A model generated the notes under the pieces. That model worked only from the letters and a program-made list of their open reading frames with translations, searched no databases and had not been told where the DNA came from. Positions 1 through 9,400 of a stretch of DNA of 64,000 nucleotides are shown here, piece by piece. A program made the translations under genes and the position numbers. Each line of letters begins with the position of its first letter. Position 1 is the stretch's first letter. The DNA is from Felis catus (taxonomy: Eukaryota), in assembly GCF_018350175.1 (NCBI RefSeq), contig NC_058373.1:35836001-35900000 (forward strand), read 5' to 3'.

Positions 1-169
1 CAGGCACCCCAGGGCTAGGACCAGGGGGCAGTGGGCATCTCCCTGGAAACCAGCGCCGCTGGGTTGAATTCTGCCCCCTCTTGATAGGATGAGGAAAAAA
101 ATGCAAGATTCTCTCCCACGGAGGCTGGGGCACTGAGGTCCCTTCCCGGGGCCAAGAGGAATCACCTGC

Positions 170-720
170 TGCTGGGCCCACGCCCGCCCCCTCCCCATCT
201 CTGGCCGGTGCCCTCTACTCCCGCCGCAGGCCAGCACCGGGCGCACCTCCACCCCTCTCCCCGCACCTCACTATTACCCACGCACCTGTGCCGCGAGCGC
301 CTGCCAAGACGGGGCGCTGCCAATGTTCAATCGACCTCGAAAAGCGTCGCATCTCTTACCAGGAAAACTTGGACAGAGCGGAGGGCGGGGCCTGCCCGGG
401 GAAGCAGGGCCATCAGCCTCCCACCGCCACCTGGTGGGTTCGCCTGGCTGGATGCTCCCCCCCATCCGCCCCCCGCCAGACCCGAGGGCCACCAGACCAG
501 GCCTAGGGCTGGGCCCCCATCCCAAACATCCTTATCGTCCACTAGCAAGCGACTGTGACGCCGCTTTGCTGCTGAGGAACCAGAAGCAAGAGAGGCGTGG
601 GGCTGGTGTATCCTTCACGGGGCGGGCTCTAAGCATCACATAGAAACAGGGGTTTCCAGCCCCCCTCCCTTAGCGCCAGGGAGGCGGGGCCTGTCATCGC
701 CGACACCCCGTTCCCTCGAT
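170..720. promoter_or_regulatory. CpG-rich segment with GC boxes (candidate regulatory element)
   Basis: Visibly high CpG density and several GGGCGG/CCGCCC boxes (near 184, 384, 466, 620), plus a CTCF motif at 424-437. Confidence 0.4.
424..437 (-). promoter_or_regulatory. CTCF core motif
   Basis: The minus strand reads CCACCAGGTGGCGG, a full match to the consensus CCASYAGRKGGCRS. Confidence 0.55.
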
Positions 721-1990
721 ATCTCTTCTGAATGTCTTGCCCTGACAGATACCTGGTTGTCCCCACACACACCCCTGCCCCGGCGCCTCCCCAGGGGAGA
801 CTGTTTTCTCTTCCGTGTCCCACACCGCCTGGGGCCCGCCTGGGGCCACACCGCCTGGGGCCTGGAGGGGAGGTGGGTGTCCTCTTATCCGCCCTCTCCC
901 TCCAAAAGCCCCAGCTCCTCTGAATCCTATGCCAAGTGACGTTACCTGTCACCACTATCCTAGCGGCAGGGCCATCCGCTGCCCCCTGGGTCGCTCCCCT
1001 CATTCACTGCAGGCTTACCCGCCACCCTGGCCCGCTGGCTTCCTCTCCAGCCCCACTGGGCGACCTCACGTCCACTTGGAGGATCCGTCCAACACTGAGG
1101 CCTCTCTGTTCCTCCACCTGGCCGGCTCCAACCATCTGACCCACCCCACGGCCATGGGCATCACACCCTGACCTTACCATCTACACAATCTCCACCTCAA
1201 GCACCCCACCTGGTCACCACCTGCCACTGGCTAACCTTCCAGATCCCACTCCCCCCAGCCTCACGGGGCCCCCAGGCCACCAACCACCGCCGTCCCAGGA
1301 CCAATGCCCATCTGCTGCCCTCCTGTCCACCCTTCACAAATCCTTCTCCTCTCTTCCTTCTTTGCACTTCGAAGCCATGCCCAGCCTCAGCTGCGTCCAT
1401 CCATGCACCTGCATGATGCCTGTGCCCACGCCGAACACGGCTGGAGAGAAAGCAAACAGCCTTTCCTCATGGCCTCAAGTCTCAGTCACTACCGTGGCAC
1501 AACCACCTTGGCAAGTACGACCCCGTTCTCCCAAACAAATGTCTTACCCTTTCTCCTCTCCACATGCCCCTCGCCACTCCCACCCTCGGTGGCCTCATGC
1601 TTTGCTCTGAAGATAGCAGCAGTCAGAGAGAACTCCCTCGTCGTCCCATCGGGAAACTGACCCCGGCTCTCTCCTTCCTCCCTCCCGATGAGCGGACGAA
1701 GGTCACTGCTCTGCCCAAGGCCACCTGTTCCACCTGGGGCCAGGATCCCACCTCCCTCGCCTGCTCCAAGACCTGGGTGTCCCCTCTTGCCGCACCCCAT
1801 CTTGTCCCCGTCCACCAGGTCACCCCCAGCAGGATGCGCATGCCCTAGAATCTCCTATAATGAACACCAAGCTCCACTCACCGCCACGCCTCTCCCCGGC
1901 TCCCATTCTGGTTTTCCCGCTCCCCTTCACTGCAGAACGTGCCAAAGAATGGTCTGTGGCTCCTGCCTCCTTTTCTCACTGGGCATTCGG
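700..1990 (+). mobile_element. L2 LINE ORF2 fossil including the APE endonuclease region
   Basis: Frameshifted peptides in L2 ORF2 order: LALTDTWLSP (736-765), GPGGEVGVLL, LGDL..HVHLEDPSNTEASLFLHL, HAEHGWRES, KATCSTWGQDPTS. They resemble LALTETWLSP, GGGVGVLL, GDFNIHVDDPSNTLASQFLDL, AAERGWRK and KANPSTCALDPIPS. Confidence 0.85.
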
Positions 1991-2579
1991 GGCCCACAGC
2001 TAGATCCCCGCCTGCGTGCCCCCCGGCTGGGAAGGGATGGGCAGTGGAATGTGGCTAGCGGCCTAGAGCAGGAGGAAGGACAGCTCGGGGGGCACAGAAA
2101 AGACCCTAACTGTGATGGGCCTCGGGCTCAATCAAAGTTGGCCATTTCCTGGAGCAGTCTTCAGATTCGTGTCTTAGAAAGGATGTTCTGGTGTCACTGG
2201 GTGGGGTGGGCTGGAGGCCCAGAGAGGAGACCAGTTAGGAGATCACGGGAGGGTCCGGGTGAGAAATCAGGAAGGCCTGAGTTAGCCAGACTGGGGAGAC
2301 AGAGGAGGAGTGGAGACTCATTGTCAGGGCTAAGAGGCTAAGCATGTCCAGGGTCAGGTACAGATTTCCCTCGGTCTGGAATGCTCCCCAATACCCACTA
2401 CGTGCTCCTTATCACTAGTGTTTTCCCATCACGAAACTGACTGCACCGGGTGACCCTGGACTGGTGACCATCTCTCTCCTCCACCGGCTGGGGGCACCTT
2501 ACCCTCAGCCCCGCCATCACCTGGGCCTCACTGCCAGCATGAGGTAGGTGCTCAGTGCACGTTCAAGGAAAGGGTGGAC

Positions 2580-3490
2580 CACACAGAGGTGAGGCCAGCT
2601 AGAGGGGAGCAAAGGGCCAGACTGTGGAGGTTTAGGTGCCAAGCTCAGACCTTACGCCCTCGGTACCAGGGAGACCCCGGAGGGTTCTGGGTACAGAAGT
2701 GGCACCGCCAGCCGTGTGTGTGAGAGAAGCCCATCAGGCAGCTGTGGGAGATGAATCTGAATAGGGCGAGACTAGAGGAGAGGACCTGTCCCGGGCCAGC
2801 TCTGATACTCCAGGCAAGAGGGGTGAGGCCTGATCTTGGAAAGAAGAGAGAAGAAAGGCCAGCCTTAGAAATACCAAGGAGGGAAGAGTGGCGAGGCAGG
2901 TGGATAAGGTGGAACAGCTAAGTGGTGACTTAGGTAGCTGGATAGATGGGGCCGTGGGTGGGGTGGGCTGTAATGAACTCCACATTGGACGTATTGAGTT
3001 TAAGGTCACTGTGGAGCATTCTGGGGAGAAATGCACTAGATGGGTAGCTGGATACTCAAGTGTGATGCTCAGGATGGGGCCCGGGACTAGAGATAGAAAT
3101 TGGGGAACCATCTGCCAGGAGAGGCAGGGACCACAATGGCGTGAAGGTCGGGGAGTCACCTGGAAAGGTCACGTTGAGGGAAAAGAACAGTGGTTCCAGG
3201 ACAGAGCCATGGAGACTGCCGACCTTTGAAGGTCAGCAGAGGGAAAGGACCTACAAAGAGACAGATGAGGAAAGGAATCAGGGAAAACCAGGACGGAGTG
3301 GTATCCCAGACGTCAAGGAAGAAGGTTCAGGAAGGACTGGGGGTCATGAGGTCAGTAGCAGCAGCAGGTCTGGCCTTCATGGGTTTGGCTGTCTGGGGGG
3401 GGGGGGGGCCCTGGTGACCTTCGCCCAAAGCATTCCCATCGAATTGGGGACATGGAGGGAGTCACAATGCTCTGGCCTGAGGAATATGGA
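2580..3490 (-). mobile_element. L2 LINE fragment
   Basis: Typical antisense L2 text such as TTGGACGTATTGAGTTTAAGG, GGACTAGAGATAGAAATTGGGGAACCATC and GGAAAACCAGGACGGAGTGGTATCCCAGA. Confidence 0.75.
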
Positions 3491-3750
3491 GTCCGCTCAG
3501 TTCGTTAGTTACGTGTTTTGTTATCATTGTTACACCTCCTTCTTCCAGAAAGGAGAAACTTCTCAACTATAAAGTACAATGAACACAATAAATCAAAAGA
3601 TACAGCGTAAAGGACCTAGAACTGGGGCAGACGTCCTGTGCTGGTCAAAACAAGTTAGGTGTACTTGCCTCTCGTATAGCCAGCAAGCTGTTAAAATAGG
3701 AAACTAAAATTCCTGTGCGGATACATACACAAAAGAATCGAAAGCTGGTT

Positions 3751-3970
3751 GGGGCGCCTGGGGGGCTCAGTCGGTTAAGCGTCCGACTCCGGCTCAGGTC
3801 ATGATCGCACAGTGCATGGGTTCGAGCCCCACGTCAGGCTCCGTGCTGACAGCTCGGAGGCCGGAGCCTGCTTCAGATTCTGTGCCTCCCTCTCCCTCTG
3901 CTCCTCCCCTGCTCGCACTCTGTCTCAAAAATAAATAAACATAAAAAAAAAAAACTAAAAAGAAAAACAA
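3751..3970 (+). mobile_element. Can-SINE (SINEC_Fc family)
   Basis: GGGGCGCCTGGG head, A/B boxes, CT tract and A tail. Near-TSD AATCGAAAGCTGG / AATTGAAAGCTGG. Confidence 0.95.
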
Positions 3971-4440
3971 TAATTGAAAGCTGGGACTTGAATAGATATC
4001 TGTACATCCAAGTCCATACAGCGAACACAACGGCCCCCAAAAACCGGAAACAACACAAGCGGCCGCCGACAGATGAAGGGAGAAACGACATGCGGTACGC
4101 ACCTCCAGTGGAATTTTATCCAGCCCTTAAAAGGAAGGCTATTCTGACACGTGCTGCAACGCAGAAGAATCTGGAAGGCATCACGCTAAGTGAAACAAAG
4201 TCAGTCGCAAGAGAGCAAATGGTATCTGATTCCACTCACACGAGGTACCGCGACTGGTCAAATTCATAGAGACAGAAAGTAGGGTGGCCAGAGCCAGGGG
4301 TGGGGGGAGCGGGGAGCTGGTGCTTAATGGCGACAGAGTTTCGGCTGGGGAAGATGAAAAGAGTTCTAGAGACGGATGGTTGCACACAATGAGTGTACCG
4401 AACTCTGCCACTAAACTGCACGCTTAAAAATGGTTAAAAC

Positions 4441-4639
4441 GGGGTGGCTCAGTCGGTTGAGCGGCCGACTTCGGCTCAGGTCATGATCTCGCGGTCTGTG
4501 AGTTCGAGCCCCGCGTCGGGCTCTGTGCTGACAGCTCAGAGCCTGGAGCCTGTTTCAGATTCTGTGTCTCCCTCTCTCTGCCCCTCCCCCCCGTTCATGC
4601 TCTGTCTCTCTCTGTCTCAAAAATAAATAAAAGTTAAAA
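4441..4639 (+). mobile_element. Can-SINE (SINEC_Fc family)
   Basis: TSD AAAAATGGTTAAAA at 4426-4439 and 4640-4653. Confidence 0.95.
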
Positions 4640-6378
4640 AAAAATGGTTAAAATGGCAAGTTTTATGTTGTGTATATTTTACCACAATAAAAAAAAAAAA
4701 ACGCACAAGGAGGAGAAAAACGTATATGACAGTGTGGGCTCATAAAATGACTAGGAGTGAGCATTTCATTATGTTCTGAGCTTCCTGGTAACCAAGGCAT
4801 AAAGGGAAACTTTTGAGCCTTGATGTTTAGTCCATGGAAAAAATGACTACCACAAGAGATTTCAAGTCCGCCCGCCCCCATCCCTGGCCAGGACTGGATC
4901 GTAGCAGGCATCGGCCTCAGAGAGCCTTACGAGAGGCATCAATAGCATAAAAGGCAACGACGAATGCTGACGATGTCCGGAGACATATTCGTTACCCGAC
5001 CATTTCCGGCGGTGAGTCTTGAAGAAACGTGAGAAGAACACCAATAAGACTTCATTCGAGAAAAGCCTCTCCGGTGGGAATGAAGTTCATAAGGTCTAAA
5101 TGTGAAGATTCCCAAGAGGGCACTTAGTAGTGGCTATAGGATCTCCAAGGGGAGGGGCCTCAGGAGGTAGCTGGTAATTTGCTGCCCAGCTCGGTGGAGA
5201 GGTCCACTCGGTGCAGGTGAGGTCCGAGCGTCACCAGCACAGAGAGGGTGTCCAAAGCCACGGGCAGGAATGCAATGGTCAGGGGGGTCATGGAGGGCAA
5301 GAAATGCTGCCTCGTGATCACCCCCATTTCCCCAGGGCCCACCCAAGTCTGGAGTTCTCAGCGCGGGAGCAAGAACTCATGCCCTCTGACTTTCTGTCAG
5401 CCTACGCCACTGCCCCAGGGCACTTCTCCGCTCAGGAGAAGGAACACAGTGCTGGACATCAGAAGCCTTGGGTCAGAGTCTCACGTCAGCACTACTGACT
5501 TACACACCTTCTTGCAACCTCAGGACCCCCAGCTGTAAATGGTGACAAAAATTTCTCAGGGCCGCCCCGTCTCCCTCGCGAGGTTATTGGGAGCAAAAGG
5601 GGGGGCTGGAGAGGGCTTTTGCCTGTGCCTACCCCATTTTCTCTCCCCCCCTCCACCATCCCACATAGATACCAGTCCACATGGAAACAGAGGAGCCCCT
5701 AGGCAAAGGTGCTCCAGAAAGTCTCCTTCGTGGCTTCCTGCTGCCACGGGTCGCCTACCTGGATAGTCAGGACCTGCCCCTGGCTGGGATATCTGCTATG
5801 ATGAGCCACACGATAGCAGAACGGCACTGGTAACCCACTGATACACTTGGGTGATGGCGTTTCTGGGCCTTGAAGCCGATTGTAGCTATCGAGGCAACGG
5901 GGAGACCCTACACCAAGCAGGGGAGGCCGGGAGGTTGGGCAGGAGCGTGGGAAGCTGCTACATGCTGTGAACATCTCACACCAAGAGGACCAGAAGTCAG
6001 TTGCATGTAGACAGGCTCCACTCCCCCCCCCCACCAAAGTAGGTTTGGGAGACAGAGAAGCTTGACGATAGGCAGCAGGTAGGTGGAACCCTTTCAAAGG
6101 GAAACTTGAAATTAAAACGATTAGAGCCTTTCACAGCGAGATGGCCGCTGGGCATTGAGAAGGGGCCAGGGAAGATCTGAGAAGGTCTGGGGGTTCCCAC
6201 ACGTTCCAGAATTCGCACTGCACCCAGCTGCCCAGGCCAGGCCTGGGTGGGACCCATACTGTGTGTGGCCCGGGGCGCTTGACAGAGGACGGTCTGCAGA
6301 GAGCGGCCTTGCATCGGGTTGGAGGGACGCGCTGGCAGGGCCCTCTCAGACACATCATCTCTTAAAACCGCAGCCTGG

Positions 6379-6614
6379 NNNNNNNNNNNNNNNNNNNNNN
6401 NNNNNNNNNNNNNNNNNNNNNNNNNNNNNNNNNNNNNNNNNNNNNNNNNNNNNNNNNNNNNNNNNNNNNNNNNNNNNNNNNNNNNNNNNNNNNNNNNNNN
6501 NNNNNNNNNNNNNNNNNNNNNNNNNNNNNNNNNNNNNNNNNNNNNNNNNNNNNNNNNNNNNNNNNNNNNNNNNNNNNNNNNNNNNNNNNNNNNNNNNNNN
6601 NNNNNNNNNNNNNN
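6379..6614. other. Assembly gap
   Basis: Run of N. Confidence 1.
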
Positions 6615-7059
6615 TTCATCAGCTCAGCCCCAGCTTCCACCTGTCTGGTGCACACTGGAAAGGCTGTAACCCACCTGCCACTTTTTCAGCTTCTCTGACA
6701 TTTGCTTCAAGTCAATGGATATTATTAAGCACCTCCTGTGTTCCCAGCCCTGTGGCGTTAGTGCGGTGGTTGTAGGGAAGCTACAATCAACCATTGCATC
6801 AACGAACATTCGTGGCGCAGATAGTCTCTTCAAGCTCAAAGCAACAACATGAACTCTCCGATGCCTCTCCAATACTTCAAGCTTGTTTCACACTATATCT
6901 CCATTTCGTTGTCGGGAAAACTGAGGCTCACGGCTAACCCAGTAAAATCAGAATAGACTGGTCAATAGCCGGGGCAGGATGAGAGACAGAAGTGAACGTT
7001 TACTGGGATCCAACAATGCCCGTCCAACCCTCTTAGGCAGGGGCCTAAGCTCTGTCTCC

Positions 7060-7145
7060 TCACAAAACTCAAGGTAGGCGTTATTATCCCCATTTTGCAG
7101 ATGTGGAAACTGAGGCTCAGAAGAGATAAGCAGCTCACCCAAGGA
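7060..7145 (-). mobile_element. MIR core fragment
   Basis: TTATCCCCATTTTGCAGATGTGGAAACTGAGGCTCAGA. Confidence 0.85.
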
Positions 7146-7599
7146 TTCTCATTCTACTGGCCCACATTGCCTCTCCTGATGTCACGAGGCCAGATGGTGT
7201 CCCAACAGACATCTGCAAATCCCGGAGTGCCCGTGTTTAAAGACCTCAAAGCAACAAGCCAGACAGCAGGGGACTAATTGACCTTCCTCACTACCTCCTG
7301 CCTGCCCTAACCCTAGGCTCCCTCTTAAATTTCTCAGGCTGGTGTCCTCAGTTTGTCATCAGCACTTAGACCCATACTGTCCTTCTCTTATATTGTCATC
7401 CTCTATTCTCAACCCTCTCTGTCATAGGTCATCTTAGATCCATGTGACAATCTCTTTCCTCACCACCACTTACTCACCCTCCAGAGGGGATACGTCACGC
7501 CCAGGATGGCATTTCCTTCTCCTGCAATCCCATAGATCCTTACCAAAAGACAGGGCACGGAGCAGATATTCCAAACTCTTAAGGAAAGCACTGGGGCAA

Positions 7600-7995
7600 G
7601 ATGAGAATAAATCTCTCAGAATGGAGCAAATGGAATGAACTGGAACAGAATGTAATAGAATAGAACCAGGAAGAGTAGTATGATATGGATAGAAAGCAGT
7701 AGAAAGGGGAAGAAAAAAAAAAACAGAATAGACTAGAAGAGCATGGAACAGAATAAAAAGAGGAAGCAGACAAAACACACTGAACTAGACCAGGACACGT
7801 TGGAACAGAATCAACCAGGATGGAACAGACTAGGTCAGGACAGATTGGAACAAGGTAGAAAAGAATAGGACAGGAGAGAATGGTGTTCACCAGACTAAAA
7901 CGGAATGGAACAGACTCAAATAGGTGTGAACAGACAAGAGCACAGTAGCCAGTAACAGGGCTATAGCCAAATGTTATGTAACTGGATGAAATAAA
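7600..7995. repeat. Degenerate 5-bp periodic repeat, (AGAAT/GGAAT/AGAAC)n
   Basis: Recurrent TGGAA, CAGAA, TAGAA and CAGAC units in 5-nt phase. Confidence 0.8.
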
Positions 7996-9400
7996 GTTTA
8001 TTCCGTTCATTTAACACAAATTTATCGAGGGCTGATCTATGCTAGGTAACAAGTAGACGTGGTCCCTACCCTCACAGAACACACTGTCTGGAGAAAAGGA
8101 CCCAAAAAAAGAGACATAAGTAAGCAGTAATAAATACATAATTACAAATCACGAGCTTCCACGAAACACCATGAAAAGAAAGGGCAGGTGGCCATGATGA
8201 AGAATAACATTAATATGAAAGCAATAATATTAATAAGGAGGAGGTCAGGAAAACGGAGACCTCAAAATGAGGAGGAGACAGAGACATTTGAAGAACCAAG
8301 GAAAAGCATTCTGGGCAGAGGGAACAGTATGTACGGAGGCCCTGAGACCGGAAAGTGTTTGGCCTGTTCCGGGAACTGAGCGTTCGGTGTGAACAGAGAT
8401 CAGGGTGACAGGCATAGGGTGATGGGAGAGGCAGGGGAGAGACAGGCAGGGGTCGATGGCACAGGGCCGGAGTGGGAAGGGCAGTTTGGATTTCATCCTA
8501 AGTACAGCGAGAAGCCTCGCAAGGGAGCCACAGGATCTGTGGTATGTCTCATACTTCCTCCTTGGCTGGTGTAGAGAAATGGATTAGGGCATCTACCATG
8601 GTCGTCCACTCAGTGGTGATGGTGGCTTGGCACAGAGGGACAGTGGCACCAGAACGGGAGAGACGCGGCCGGCTGGCCAAATATTCTGAAGGTAAACACG
8701 GATGCAGGAGTTGCTGACGTCTGGGACATGGGTCTGGCAGAAAGGGGAATCGCAAGGAAGCCCTGGGGCTCCCGGTTTGGTCCTTCTACTTCCTGAGATG
8801 AAGCGCAGGAGACATGTTCTGGGAAGGAAAAATCACGTTTCCTTGCGGGAATCCTAAGGTTCAGAGGCTTGGGTCGCGTCCAAATAAAGATGACAAGTAG
8901 ATGTGGAAATACAGGCCTGGAGCTCCGAGGAGGATCCGAGCTGGAGATATCAATTGAGGAGGTGTCAGCATATAAATGCCGTGCAATGCCTTGGGATTAG
9001 ATAAAATCATACATGCAATAGTGCGACGCAGAACTTCATCGAAGTGCGCTCCGTGGATTACCGGCATCAGCATCCCTCAGGGCGCTTGTGGAACGTACAA
9101 ATCTCCGGGCCCCCGGGCCACGCAGACGGATCTCTAGGGGTGGGGCTCAGAAGTCCTCACGTTTGGCAACCACCCCGGAGTGTCTGCATGCAGCTAGCGT
9201 GTGCGAGACACTGGCCTAGGGAGAGAACAGAGGGCGGACGGAGAAACGCGGGCATTTGCACGTCAGGCAGAAGCCTAGCAAAGGCACCAGTAAAGGAGCA
9301 GCCGGAGAAACAGGAGGAAAATCGGGAGAGAATGGGTGTCTCGGAGGCCGAGAGAGGAGGCAGTGTCAGGCCCCGGGGGTCCATGGAGCCCGACTCAGTC
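7996..9400 (-). mobile_element. L2 LINE 3' portion, interrupted by MER5A
   Basis: Starts TTCATTTAACACAAATTTATCGAG. Contains AAGCATTCTGGGCAGAGGGAACAG..GGCCCTGAG and GAGCTGGAGATATCAATTGAGGAGGTGTCAGCATATA. Confidence 0.85.
9030..9210. mobile_element. MER5A-like hAT-Charlie non-autonomous element
   Basis: GGCATCAGCATCCCTCAGGGCGCTTGTGGAA..ATCTCTAGGGGTGGGGCTCAGAAGTC..GAGACACTGG. Confidence 0.75.

Larger units (their letters stand above)
3705..4701 (+). mobile_element. L1MB-type (L1MB3-like) 3' end with poly(A), split by two SINEs
   Basis: Contains AAATTCATAGAGACAGAAAGTAG, GGGGAAGATGAAAAGAGTTCTAGAGA and TTAAAAATGGTTAAAATGG..TATATTTTACCACAATAAAAAAA. Confidence 0.9.
3500..5130 (-). mobile_element. 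Probable L4 (RTE-X) ancient LINE remnant, interrupted by the L1MB insertion
   Basis: TTCTGAGCTTCCTGGTAACCAAGGCATAAAGGGAAAC (about 4774-4810) resembles antisense L4_Mam as recalled. The 3500-3690 flank fits the L4 3' end. Boundaries are uncertain. Confidence 0.45.

Noticed and set aside
1688-2341. 217-aa ORF
   Set aside because: It runs through GC-rich L2 remnants with few stops and has no domain or codon signal.
7579-8010. Hydrophobic 143-aa ORF resembling a membrane protein
   Set aside because: It is the antisense reading of the purine-rich pentamer repeat.
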